In this document: positions 22,024 through 32,286 of the stretch, one piece after another | Layout of the letters: each line of letters starts with the position of its first letter | Numbering within the stretch: position 1 is the first letter of the stretch | Assembly: GCA_963731055.1 (NCBI GenBank) | Contig: CAVSUD010000016.1 | Location: 39,914-103,913 of the forward strand | DNA from: an uncultured Actinomycetes bacterium | GTDB lineage: Bacteria > Actinomycetota > Acidimicrobiia > Acidimicrobiales > CADCTF01 | Direction: 5' to 3' | DNA length: 64,000 nucleotides | The notes under the pieces: generated by a model | Database searches by the model: none | Told to the model about the DNA's origin: nothing | The model's input: the letters and a program-made list of their open reading frames with translations, nothing else | Translations under genes and position numbers: made by a program

Positions 22024-22908
22024 ATGGACCGCGCCCGCCTCTTCCCGTGGATCGTCCGGCTCGCCTGGCTGATCCTCCCGTTCGCGACGGGCCCGGCGTT
22101 CGCCGCCGCCCTCGACGGCCGCTCCCTCCCGGTGCGCACGGCGGCCTCCATGGCCCTCTGGGGGCTCTGGGGCGTCACCTTCGGCGCGACCCTCGTGCTC
22201 CACCCGGTCACGCTGACCGTGCTCCGGGTGGTCGCACCGGCCGCCATCGTGGCGGCGGTATGGACGACGACGCAGCCCGTGGGAGGCATCGGCCCGCTGG
22301 CCATCGCCGCCTCGGGACTGGCCGCGGGAGCGGCTTTCCTCCCCGAGGTCGGCGCCGCCTTCGTCAACGGACCCGCCTACCCCAACGAGCGTCGCTACCC
22401 CCTCCGGGTCCCCGGACCACTGCTCTTCGGCCCCCTCCAATTGGCCTGGGCCGTGACCGCCGGGGCCCCGATCGCCGCCGTCCTCCTGCTCGCCTCCGGC
22501 CAGTGGATCGCCGGCGCCGTGGCCGTCGTCGTCTCCGGGGCGGCGCTGTGGTTCGCGGGGCGAGCGCTGCTCGGTCTGGCCCGGCGCTGGGTCGTGTTCG
22601 TGCCGGCCGGCCTGGTCGTGCACGACCCGATGGCGCTCGCCGATCCCGTCCTGTTCCCGAAGCTCCAGGTGGCCGGGGTCGACGTCGCCGACGCCGCGAC
22701 CACCGCCCTCGATCTCACCCAGGGCGCGCCAGGTCTCGCCCTCGAACTGGCCCTGCGCGAGCCCGCCCCGCTGGTGCTGACCAAACCCGGCCGAAGGGTC
22801 GGACCCACGGTCGAGACCGACCGGCTGCTCTTCACCCCGACGCGGCCGGGCCAGGTGCTGGCCGACGTGCGGGAGCGGATGCGGGGCGCACCCGCCTGCG
22901 ACGACTGA
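22024..22908 (+). CDS. hypothetical integral membrane protein
   Basis: ATG 22024 lies inside ORF 21598-22908. MDRARLFPWIVRLAWLILPFATGPAF... has several TM spans, then a soluble C-terminal part. Intact. Confidence 0.55.
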   Translation: MDRARLFPWIVRLAWLILPFATGPAFAAALDGRSLPVRTAASMALWGLWGVTFGATLVLHPVTLTVLRVVAPAAIVAAVWTTTQPVGGIGPLAIAASGLAAGAAFLPEVGAAFVNGPAYPNERRYPLRVPGPLLFGPLQLAWAVTAGAPIAAVLLLASGQWIAGAVAVVVSGAALWFAGRALLGLARRWVVFVPAGLVVHDPMALADPVLFPKLQVAGVDVADAATTALDLTQGAPGLALELALREPAPLVLTKPGRRVGPTVETDRLLFTPTRPGQVLADVRERMRGAPACDD

Positions 22909-22920
22909 CTCGGGTCGGCC

Positions 22921-23961
22921 TCAGCCGGCCAGGCCGGCGCCCAGGACGACGTCGCCCCGGTAGAGCGCGACGGTCTGCCCGGGGGCGACGCGCCGCTGGG
23001 GCGTCCGGAGCTCAGTCGCCCCCCGTCCTGCAGCACCGCCGCCAGGGCCGGGCCGTGGGCGCTCGTCTGCGCCTCGACCTCGTCGCCCGGCGCCACCGGC
23101 GCGCCCGTCCACGTGAGGTCGATGAGGTCGACGGTCGTCGTCAACAGGTCGGCGTCGGCTCCGACGACGACCGTGGCCGTGGCCGTGTCGACGGCCAGCG
23201 CGTACCGCGGGTGGCCGCCGCCGCCGGGCAGGCCCCGCCGCTGGCCGACCGTGACCAGCTCGACGGCGGCGACGCGTGCCGACCGTCCGCGCCCGCCGTG
23301 TCGACGACGCGGCCCGGGTGCAGCGGGATGCGGTCGCCGAGGAACGTCTCGCGCCCGCCGCGGTGGCGAGGATGAAGCAGACGTCCTGGCTGTCGGGCTT
23401 GTCGGCCGTGCGCAGCCCGAGCCGCCGTCGGCCCGCGCCCGGACCTCGTCCTTGGTCAGCTCGCCGACGGGGAGCAGCAGCGCGGCCGAGCTGATCCGGT
23501 CCGAGCATGTGCAGCACGTAGGACTGGTCCTTGGCCGCGTCGGCGCCCGCGGCGGAGCCGAGGCCCGGTCACCGGCGCCGACCATGCGGGCGTGGTGGCC
23601 GGTGGCGACCGCGTCGAAGCCGAGCTGACGGGCCCGGCGCAGGAAGCGGTCGAACTTGAGGTGGCGGTTGCACTCGATGCACGGGTTCGGCGTGCGGCCG
23701 CGCGGCGTGGGCCTCGACGTAGGGCGCCACGACGTGGGTCTCGAAGTCGTCGGCGAAGTTGAAGACGTGGTGCGCGATGCCGAGCTGCTGCGGCCACCCG
23801 GCGGGCGTCGTCGACGTCGGCCACCGAGCAGCAGCCCGAGTCGCTCCGCCGCCCCACAGCTTCATCGTCACGCCGACGACGTCGTGGCCCGCCGTCGAGC
23901 AGCAGCGCGGCGGCCACCGAGGAGTCGACGCCGCCGGACATGGCGACGAGCACGCGCTCAT
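22921..23961 (-). CDS. mnmA: tRNA 2-thiouridine(34) synthase; many frame breaks
   Basis: ATG 23961 overlaps the iscS stop (ATGA). PP-loop [43 protein letters not shown]-terminus [16 protein letters not shown]. Confidence 0.88.
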
Positions 23962-25100
23962 CGACCCACGCCCGCAGGCGGGCGACGACCGTCGGGCACG
24001 GCCTTGAGCCGCGAGGTCGACGTCGGCGTCGGTCGGTCGTCGCGCCGAGCGAGAGCGCGCGACGCTGGCCAGCGCGTCGACGGGCGGGACGCCCATGGCC
24101 GCGAGCACGTGGGAGGGCTCGGTGGCCCCGCTGGCGCACGCCGAACCGGCCGAGGCGCAGACGCCGGCCTCGTCGAGCAGGAACAGCAGCGCCTCGCTCT
24201 CGACGCCCTGGGAAGCAGACGTGACCGTGGCCGGCCACCCGCCGCGCCACGGCGGTGCCGTCTCGACCGCGCCCGGGACCGACGCCACGCAGCGCGTCGA
24301 CGAGGCGGTCACGGCAGCGCGGCCGACGCGCCTCGACGGTGGCTCGCCGGGTCGCGACCGTGGCCGTCATGGCCGCCGCCATCGCCGACGATGCCGGCCA
24401 CGTTCTGGGTGCCGCTGCGCCGCTCCCGCTCCTGGCCCCCGCCGTGGAGCACCGGCGCCAGTCGGACGCCCTCGCGAACCACGAGCGCGCCCACGCCCTT
24501 CGGGCCGCCGAACTTGTGGGCGCTGACCGAGACGAGGTCGGCGCCCGCCGCCTGCGTCGCCACGTCGAGCCAGGGGAAGGCCTGCACCGCGTCGGTGTGC
24601 AGCACGGCCGTCGGGGCGAGCCGGCGCACCCGCTCGACCACGTCGGCGAGGGGCTGGATGGTGCCGACCTCGTTGTTGGCGAGCATGACCGAGACGAGCG
24701 GACACCTCCTCGGCCGAGAGCACCGACGACGAGCACCTCGAGGTCGACGACCCCGTCGGCGCCGACCGGCACGACCACGCCGTCGTGGGCCTCCACGGTC
24801 GCGCAGCACGGCGTGGTGCTCGACGGCGGGGCACACCGGCCGGCCGCCGGCGCGGGCGACGACCCCCGTGACGGCGAGGTTGTCGGCCTCGGTCCCGCCG
24901 CCCGTGAACACGATCTCGCCCGGACGACAGCCCAAGGCGACCGCGATCTCGTCGCGGGCGTCCTCGATGGCCGCCTTGGCGCGCCGCGCGACGGCGTGGG
25001 AGCCCGACGGGTTGCCGAAGTGCTCGGTGAGGAAGGGGAGCATCGCCGCGACCGCCTCCGGGCGCATCGGCGTGGTGGCCGCGTGATCGAGGTAGGCCAC
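23958..25100 (-). CDS. iscS: cysteine desulfurase (IscS/NifS family); many frame breaks
   Basis: GTG 25100. [80 protein letters not shown] lysine [27 protein letters not shown]. Active-site loop [21 protein letters not shown]. Confidence 0.9.
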
Positions 25101-25131
25101 GACGGCCCAGGGTACCGGGGCCCGACGCGCC

Positions 25132-26015
25132 TCAGGCCGGGGCGGAGTAGCCCGCCGCGGGACCGGCCGGGACCGGGGGCGCCGCCGCCGGGCCCGGCCC
25201 GGACGGCGGCCGGGCGACGTCGGCCCAGACGCTGGTGAAGGCCGGACGACCCGCGCGGCCGACGGCGCGGCATGACGGTGCTGATGGGCGGCGGCGACGC
25301 AGACGAGGAAGAGCTCGGCGGGCACGCCCGACGGCGGCGTCGTTCGGAGCCGGCCCAGCAGCGGGGTCGCCAGTTGGCGAGCCAGTGCGTCGCGAGCGGC
25401 TGGTGTGAGCGACGGCGCTCGGAGGAGGAACGAACGGATCGTGACGTATTCCGACTGCGCCAGCGTCGCGACGTCGAGGGCGGCCGTGTAGCCCTCGAGC
25501 CCCCGCGGCGGCGGGAAGGAGACGGCCGTCGGCGCCTTGGCCCCCGTTCGCTCCCGCAGCACCAGCGTGCCGGCGACGAGGTCGCCGAGGCGCTGGTTGC
25601 GCCGGCTGAGCAGCAGGGCGACGACACCCGGGATGGCGGAAAGGGCGTACTTGTCGACGAGGCCCAGGATCGAGCGGATGGCTGCGTGCCGGAACCGGAT
25701 GGCGCCGCCCTCGGCGGTGACGACCCGCAGCCCGAGGGCAGCCTTCCCCGGCGTCCTCCCGCGCCACAGCGTCTCGAACGCGGCCGGGTAGCCGAACAGG
25801 AGGAGGAACAGGACGACGTAGAGGAGCGCGGTCTCGACGCCGCCGAGGTCGAGCCCGAGCGCACCCACGCCGAGGGCACCGAGGAGCACGGCGAAGAGCA
25901 GGAGCAACTGGAGCACGGCGTCGACCGCGGCGGCCAGCATCCGCGACGCCATGCCCGCCGTCTCGAACTCGAGCACGACGGCCTCGGGGGTCACGATCCC
26001 GGTCGGCGCGGCCAT
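25132..26015 (-). CDS. RDD family membrane protein; one frame break near 25260
   Basis: MAAPTGIVTPEAVVLEFETAGMASRMLAAAVDAVLQLLLLF...WRGRTPGKAALGLRVVTAEGGAIRFRHAAIRSILGLVD (RDD domain). The Pro/Ala-rich tail ...WADVARPPSGPGPAAAPPVPAGPAAGYSAPA ends at 25132 in the frame of ORF 25132-26697. Confidence 0.75.
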
Positions 26016-27051
26016 GCCTCGTAAGGTACGCGCCGTGGATCTGGACCGGTTCCTCGCCACGCACCAGCCCCTGTGGGACCGCCTGGGCGCACTGACGGTC
26101 CGTGGCTCGCGGGGAGCCAACCGGCTCAGCGCCGAGGAGATCGACGAGCTCGTCCGCCTGTACCAGCGGACGTCCAGCCACCTGTCCTACGTCCGCACCT
26201 ACTACCGCGACCCGGCGCTGACGGCCCGACTGACCGGTCTCGTCGCCACCTCCGGGGCCGTCGTCTACGGCACCCGGCCCCGCACCGTCCGCGCCGTCGG
26301 CCGCTTCTTCCGCGCCACCTTCCCGGCCGCCCTCTGGCACAACCGCCGGTTCGTGGCCGTCGCCGCCGTCCTCTTCTACGTGCCGGCCATCGCCGTCGGT
26401 GTATGGCTGTCCACCTCGGACCGGGCCATCGAAGCAGCCGGGCCACCGGCCCTCCGCCGGGCGTACCTCGACGAGGACTTCGAGTCGTACTACTCGTCGC
26501 GCCCGGCGTCGGAGTTCGCGGCCCAGGTCACGACCAACAACATCCAGGTCGGGTTCCTCGCCTTCGCGGGCGGCGTGCTGCTCTGCGTGCCCACGGCCCT
26601 GCTGCTGGTCTTCAACGGCGCCAGCGTCGGCGTCCCGGCGGGGCTGTTCGCCGCCGCCGGCCAGAACGCGAAGTTCTACGGCTTGATCCTCCCCCACGGT
26701 CTGCTCGAGCTGACCGCCGTGGTCATCGCCGGCAGCGCCGGCCTGCGGCTCGGGTGGAGCCTCATCGATCCGGGCGACCGGCTGCGCCGGGATGCCCTGG
26801 CGGAGGAAGGGCGGCGGTCGGTCGTGCTGGTGCTCGGGCTCGTCGCCACGTTCCTCGTCGCCGGGCTGATCGAAGGGTTCGTCACCGGCTCGCCGCTCCC
26901 GACCGCGCTACGGGTCGGCATCGGCGTCGTCGTCGAAGTCGCCTTCGTGCTCTACGCCGTGGTGCTCGGACGCGATGCCGCCCGCCAGGGCCTCACCGGG
27001 CTGCTGGACGAGGCGCCCCTGGCAACCGCTACAGGCGCCCCGTCGCCTTGA
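26014..27051 (+). CDS. stage II sporulation protein M-like (DUF95) integral membrane protein
   Basis: Intact. FLAFAGGVLLCVPTALLLVFNGASVGVPAGLF...YGLILPHGLLELTAVVIAGSAGLRLGWSLI is typical of the SpoIIM family. ATG 26014 overlaps the divergent RDD start. Confidence 0.75.
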   Translation: MPRKVRAVDLDRFLATHQPLWDRLGALTVRGSRGANRLSAEEIDELVRLYQRTSSHLSYVRTYYRDPALTARLTGLVATSGAVVYGTRPRTVRAVGRFFRATFPAALWHNRRFVAVAAVLFYVPAIAVGVWLSTSDRAIEAAGPPALRRAYLDEDFESYYSSRPASEFAAQVTTNNIQVGFLAFAGGVLLCVPTALLLVFNGASVGVPAGLFAAAGQNAKFYGLILPHGLLELTAVVIAGSAGLRLGWSLIDPGDRLRRDALAEEGRRSVVLVLGLVATFLVAGLIEGFVTGSPLPTALRVGIGVVVEVAFVLYAVVLGRDAARQGLTGLLDEAPLATATGAPSP

Positions 27052-28351
27052 CCCGCAGGTAGGCGTCGGCCAGCTGGGGGGCGAGCTTCCCCGGGGGCGC
27101 GTCCACCACGGTGATGCCCATGCTCCGGAGCCGGCCGGTCAGCCGCCGGCGCTCCTCTAGGGCGGCCACCGCGGCGGCCTTGGCGTAGGACGCCGACGGG
27201 CTGTCGGGCATCGAACGGGCCAGCTCCACGACGGTCGGGTCCTGCACCCCGGCCAGCACCACGACGTGGTTGCGGGCCACGAGGGGGAGAGCCGGGAGGA
27301 GCGTGTCGGCCACGGCCTGTTCGGCCAGCTCGGTGAATACGACCAGCAGGGCGCGACGACGGAACCGCGCCAACGACTCGACGAAGGCGCCGGCGTAATC
27401 GCTCTCGACCAGCTGCGGCTCGAGCTCGTACATCGCCTCGGTCACCCGCCCGAGCTGGGCCCGAGCCTGGGCCGGCGGCACCACGGCGCGGATCTCGCGG
27501 TCGAAGGCGACCAGGCCGGCACGGTCGCCGAGGCGGGTCGCCACCGCCGTGAGCATCATCACCGCGTCCATCGCGTGCTCGATCCGCGGCACGCCCGCGA
27601 CGCGGCCGGCCATGACGCGTCCGTTGTCCAGGAGGCACAGCACGGTCTGGTTGCGCTCGGCCCGGTACATGCGGACGATCGGCTTGCCGGCCCGGGCCGT
27701 CGCCGACCAGTCGATCCGGCGGAACTCGTCGTCCGGGCCGTACTCGCGCATGGCGTCGAACTCGGTTCCCCCGCCGCGACCGCGGGCCGACCGAAGGCCG
27801 ACGTCGAGGATGCGGGCGCGATCGATGCGGAGCTCGGCCTCGTCCCGCGACGCGAAGGGGGGGTAGACCCGCAGGGTCGCCGGGAGGACCTGCCGATCCT
27901 GGCGGCAGGCGAGCCCGAGCGGGCCTTGCACCCGCACCACCACGTCCCGGAGCTCGAAGCGACCCCGCCGGGACGGCCGCACCTCCGTGGCCGAGGTCGC
28001 CCTGGCCCGGGCGGGGACGACGAAGGGCACACGGCGGCGGGTGGCGCCGAACGAGGGCGCCAGCTCGTCGGCGAGCACGAGGCGCAGGGTGCGGTCCCTC
28101 GGGTTGGTCACGGTCCACGAGAGCGACGCCACCTGGCCCAGCGTCACGATGCCCGGCGCCGTGCGGACCACCACGACGGAGGCCGGCGCGGGAGCCAGCC
28201 GCCAGTCCACGGCCGCGACGACGAGCAGGCCGAGGTCGACCACGACGAGACCGATCGTCGAGTCACCGGGGAAGAAGGCGACCAGGATGGATGCGATCGC
28301 GGCGACGAGCACGAGGCGGCCGGTGGGGACCGGCAGCCAGCGCGACCTCAA
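27029..28351 (-). CDS. DUF58 domain protein (vWA-like fold, MoxR partner)
   Basis: Intact in ORF 27029-28540, with probable TTG start at 28351. Two N-terminal TM spans. Hallmark [45 protein letters not shown]. Confidence 0.8.
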   Translation of the reverse strand: MRSRWLPVPTGRLVLVAAIASILVAFFPGDSTIGLVVVDLGLLVVAAVDWRLAPAPASVVVVRTAPGIVTLGQVASLSWTVTNPRDRTLRLVLADELAPSFGATRRRVPFVVPARARATSATEVRPSRRGRFELRDVVVRVQGPLGLACRQDRQVLPATLRVYPPFASRDEAELRIDRARILDVGLRSARGRGGGTEFDAMREYGPDDEFRRIDWSATARAGKPIVRMYRAERNQTVLCLLDNGRVMAGRVAGVPRIEHAMDAVMMLTAVATRLGDRAGLVAFDREIRAVVPPAQARAQLGRVTEAMYELEPQLVESDYAGAFVESLARFRRRALLVVFTELAEQAVADTLLPALPLVARNHVVVLAGVQDPTVVELARSMPDSPSASYAKAAAVAALEERRRLTGRLRSMGITVVDAPPGKLAPQLADAYLRVKATGRL

Positions 28352-28358
28352 CGCAGCC

Positions 28359-29394
28359 TCACCGCGGCACGGGCACCGTGGCCAGCACGCCGTCGAGCAC
28401 GGAGTCCGGCGTGCCGCCCTCGAGCTCGACCTCGGGCCGCAGCTGCAGACGATGGCGCATCGTCGCCTTCGCCACGGCCTTGACCTCGTCCGGGGTGACG
28501 AACGCCTTCCCGGCCAGCCAGGCCCACGCCTTCGCCGCATGGAGGAGGGCGACGGCTCCGCGCGGCGACACCCCGAGCGACACCGACGGCGAGGTCCGAG
28601 TGCCGCGGGCGAGGGCCACGATGTAGCCCTGCACCGCCGGGTCGCACCGGACGGCCTCGACTTCGGCCCGGGCCGCCGCCAGCTCGGCCACGCCGGCGAC
28701 GGGCCGCACCCCCGCGGCGCGGATGTCGTGAGGGTTCATGCCGTCGTCGTGGCGGGCGAGCACGGCCTGCTCCTGCTCGGCCGAGGGGTACGGGACGATG
28801 AGCTTGAAGAGGAACCGATCGAGCTGGGCCTCGGGCAACGGGTAGGTGCCCTCGTACTCGACGGGGTTCTGGGTGGCCACGACGAGGAACGGGTCCGGCA
28901 GCGGCCGGCGCACGCCCTCGATCGTCACCTGCCGCTCCTCCATCGCCTCGAGCAGCGCGGCCTGTGTCTTCGGCGGCGTCCGGTTGATCTCGTCGGCGAG
29001 GAGGAGGTTGCGTGAAGATCGGGCCCTCGCGGAAGCGGAACTCGCTCCCCCGCTGCTCGAAGATCGTCTGGCCGATGACGTCGGACGGCATCAGGTCGGG
29101 CGTGAACTGCACCCGCTTGAAGTCGAGGTCGAGGGCGGCGGCGACCGTCTTCACCAGCAGAGTCTTGGCGACGCCGGGCACGCCTTCCAGGAGGACGTGG
29201 CCGCGGACCAGCAGCGCCGCCACCAGTCCGGACATCGCCCCCTCCTGCCCGACGACCACCTTGCCGACCTCGTCCCGCAGCGCGAGCACGGCCTCCCGGG
29301 GCGGCCGCGTCGTCGGGGCGACGCGCGGCGCGCGGGTGCGGCGGCGCACGGCGGAGGTGGCGTCGGCCGCTTCGGGCGACATGTCATCGGGCAT
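28359..29394 (-). CDS. MoxR-family AAA+ ATPase; one frame break near 29000-29030
   Basis: Walker [77 protein letters not shown] 29394 overlaps the upstream stop. Confidence 0.9.
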
Positions 29395-30524
29395 GGGTGA
29401 CCTCGTTTCGGAGCGATTCGATCGTGCGGGCCAGCTCGACGAGCGCGGCATCGTCGGCGGGGGTCTCCGGGGCGAGCGCCCGTGCCGCAGTTGCGGCGTC
29501 GACGGGCGTGCGGGCCGCCGCGGCCGCCGCGAACGACGCCACCGGCGCGTCCAACGGCACCCCCAGCCGCTCGGACATCGTGCGGCGGAGCGACGAACGG
29601 AGCATGGCTGCGGCCGCCTCGCGGCGCCGGCCCTGCTGCAGGAGGTGGCCGACGGCCACGACCAGCTCCGAGCCGGCGATCTGCACCGGCTGGGGTTCGA
29701 GCACCGGACGGCCGAGGCGGCGGGCCCGCCAGAGGGCGAAGACCGCGAAGGCGACCAGCAGCTGCCAGAGGCCGTCCTTGACCCGGCGGGAGACGAGATC
29801 TCGGAGGCTGGTGGCGCCACCGCCGAGCGCAGAAGGCTCGACGATGGTGACCACGCCGCCCGCTCCCGTCGGCGCGAGGAGCCCCACGGCGAGGACGGCG
29901 TTGTCGGCCTCGTCCAGCTGCGCGTTCACGAACGGACCGGCTCCCCCGAGGGCGACGACGGCCCCTGCGCCCGAAGGTTCGGCCACGAGGAAGGAGCCGC
30001 CCGGGAGGGGGAAGCACCCGACGGCGCGCGGCGGCACCCGCAACGGTGCTGCGCCGCGGACGTGGATCCCGCCGACGTCGCCGACGGCGGCCAGATCGCA
30101 CTGTGGGGCGATGGTCCCACCGGCGTCCGCGTCCTCCTCCGGATCGAACAGACCGCCCGAGTCGCGCCCGATGGCGGGCGCGAAGCTCGACATGGGGTCG
30201 GCGACGACGAGGGTGCCGCCCTGGCGCACCCAGGCCTCGAGTCCGTCGGTCTCCCGTTCGTTCAACCGGTCCTCGAGCATCAGGGCGACCGTCCCGTCGG
30301 GGGGAACGCCGCCCCCGATCCGCACCTCCGCGCCGAAGCGTTCGAGGAGGAGAACGAGCCCCCGCCGCGCCGAGCTCGTCGGTCGATCGCGGGTCGAGCG
30401 GGTCGCCCTCGGTCCGTCCGTTGCGGGCCACGAGTCCGAGCAGGACCAGCGCGACGGCCAGCACCACGAAGGGCAACGCCCGGCGCACGCCCGGGGCCAC
30501 CGTGGTCGCTCGCGTCGTGGTCAC
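29384..30524 (-). CDS. DUF4350-like membrane-anchored protein; one frame break near 30330-30370
   Basis: GTG 30524 overlaps the upstream stop (GTGA). N-terminal [20 protein letters not shown]. The C-terminal 313 aa are intact (ORF 29384-30325), with a second [16 protein letters not shown]. Family assignment rests on architecture and context. Confidence 0.6.
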
Positions 30525-31171
30525 GGGCGGGAGTCGCCGGACGCGACCCGTTCGGCCAGCCCTCGGAACGCGGACGTCTCCTCGGGCCCCGTCGGCTCGT
30601 TCCCGTACCAGGCCCGCTCGAAGAGGTCCGTGGCGCCGGCGAAGGGTTCGGCGACCGCCGGTCGGGTCCGGCCCACGACCGTGCGGTACTCGCCCGCCGT
30701 CCGGCCCGGGATCTCGTCGACGGCCCCGGCCCGCGCCAGGGTGGCCACGAGCGAGCGGTACCGGCACCGTAGAGCGGCGCGCCAGTCGCCGGCCGCCTCC
30801 AGCCGGGCCGCCTCCGCATCCCACCTCGCCGCGGGTCGGCCGTGCTCGGGATCGACCTCGAGGGCGGGGGTGGGCGCAGCCGCCGACCGGCGCCGGTCGC
30901 CGCGCCACGCCCGAACGACCAGGTACACGATCGCCCCGACCACGGCGAGGAGAAGGACCCACGCCACGACCGCGCCGGCGCCGCCGTCGACGAGCGCGCC
31001 GAACAGGTGACCGATCCGATCGCCGAGCCAGTCGAGCGCCTGTTGGTACAACGACCGGGGCGGCGGCTGGAACTCCGGTCGGCGCAGGATCTCCTCGGCC
31101 GCCCGGCGGGCCTCGTCGGCTCCGACCGTCGGCGTCGGGAGGGGTGCTCGGGGCGCGCTAACCAGGACCAC
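30521..31171 (-). CDS. DUF4129 domain protein
   Basis: Intact 216 aa. TM AVVAWVLLLAVVGAIVYLVV. C-terminal IPGRTAGEYRTVVGRTRPAVAEPFAGATDLFERAWYG is typical of DUF4129. Confidence 0.7.
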   Translation of the reverse strand: MVLVSAPRAPLPTPTVGADEARRAAEEILRRPEFQPPPRSLYQQALDWLGDRIGHLFGALVDGGAGAVVAWVLLLAVVGAIVYLVVRAWRGDRRRSAAAPTPALEVDPEHGRPAARWDAEAARLEAAGDWRAALRCRYRSLVATLARAGAVDEIPGRTAGEYRTVVGRTRPAVAEPFAGATDLFERAWYGNEPTGPEETSAFRGLAERVASGDSRP

Positions 31172-32267
31172 TGCGCTCGAGGTCGTCCGCCATCATCTGC
31201 AGGTCGAACCCCTCGTTACGGATCCGGCCGTCGAAGTAGAGCAGCGTCGACACGATGGCGACGATGGGCGCGCTGACGAGCGACGACAGCACCGAGCCGA
31301 GAGCGATGAAGAGCCAGGCGAAGCTGCCCCCGAGGAAGGTGCCGGCCAGGCTGGGCACGCCACCGAGCAGGTTTCCGAGCAGGCCGGCGATGATCCGCGC
31401 CAGGATCGCGATGCCGAGGACGGGCCACATGCGGGGCTGGAGCAGCCGCCACGACCGTCGCATCGCCTTGATTGGCCCGAGGTCCTCGAGCATGACGGCC
31501 GGCGTCACGGCCGAGTAGAGGGCGATGGCGAGCAGGCCGGGCAGCACGCAGAGCAGGAGCCCGAGTCCCTTGATCATCCCGGCGAGGAACGAGGCGGCCA
31601 GCAGGGGCAGGAACCGGCGGAGGGCCCGGCGGAGCGCGACGCCGGCCGTCATCTCGCCGCCGACGTAGGACCTCGCGCACACGAGGCAGACGGCGCCGTC
31701 GATGAGCGGCCCGGTCAGGAGGCCGAGGAAGGACGAGATCAGGCTGACGATCGAACCGCCCAGCCCGACATCGGGGTTCGACCCCTCGAGCAGCGTCGGA
31801 TCACGGAGCAGGTTGAGCACGCCGACGCCGACCTGATCGCGCACGGCGAAGGCGGAGATGAACTGCAGCGGCACGATGATGGCGGCGACGATGAGCAGGA
31901 TCGTCCGGGCGTTGGCCTTCAGGAGCTTGAAGGCGCCGTCGAGGACGTCGCCGACGCCCATGGGGTGGAACGGCAGCGGCCCCGTCCGGGCGTCGCCGGC
32001 CTTGACGAGGGGCGGACCGCCGTACGGGTCGTAGCCGTAGCTGGTGCTGGGAGGCGGACCCATCGGCGGCGGGGGCGGTTGCCACCCGGGGGGTCCCTGG
32101 GGCGGCGCCCAGGCCCCGCTCCGGGCGGCGGGCGGCAGGGGCGGAGGCGGGGCGCCGGCCGGCGGCGGGGGCGGAACAGGCGGACCCGAGCTCGGGAGCG
32201 CCGGCTCGGCCGTCGGCTCGAGCGGCGCCCAACCCTGGGGGTCTTCGGGTCCGGACACGGCGCCCAT
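31158..32267 (-). CDS. Pro-rich N-terminus plus polytopic membrane domain protein (glycerophosphodiester-phosphodiesterase-membrane-domain-like), function unknown
   Basis: Intact, with likely ATG at 32267. The N-terminus is PPVPPPPPAGAPPPPLPP...PPGWQPPPPPMGPPPSTSYGYDPYGGPP, followed by about six TM spans. Confidence 0.6.
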   Translation of the reverse strand: MGAVSGPEDPQGWAPLEPTAEPALPSSGPPVPPPPPAGAPPPPLPPAARSGAWAPPQGPPGWQPPPPPMGPPPSTSYGYDPYGGPPLVKAGDARTGPLPFHPMGVGDVLDGAFKLLKANARTILLIVAAIIVPLQFISAFAVRDQVGVGVLNLLRDPTLLEGSNPDVGLGGSIVSLISSFLGLLTGPLIDGAVCLVCARSYVGGEMTAGVALRRALRRFLPLLAASFLAGMIKGLGLLLCVLPGLLAIALYSAVTPAVMLEDLGPIKAMRRSWRLLQPRMWPVLGIAILARIIAGLLGNLLGGVPSLAGTFLGGSFAWLFIALGSVLSSLVSAPIVAIVSTLLYFDGRIRNEGFDLQMMADDLERSGPG

Positions 32268-32286
32268 TGTTCCCGATGCGGCGGGT

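Noticed and set aside
24309-26120. A 603-aa ORF joining the RDD protein to the N-terminal half of IscS.
   Set aside because: The RDD C-terminal tail continues with very high third-position GC in another frame and stops at 25132. IscS has its own GTG at 25100, immediately before the conserved [10 protein letters not shown]-terminus. The fusion is produced by a frame break near 25260.
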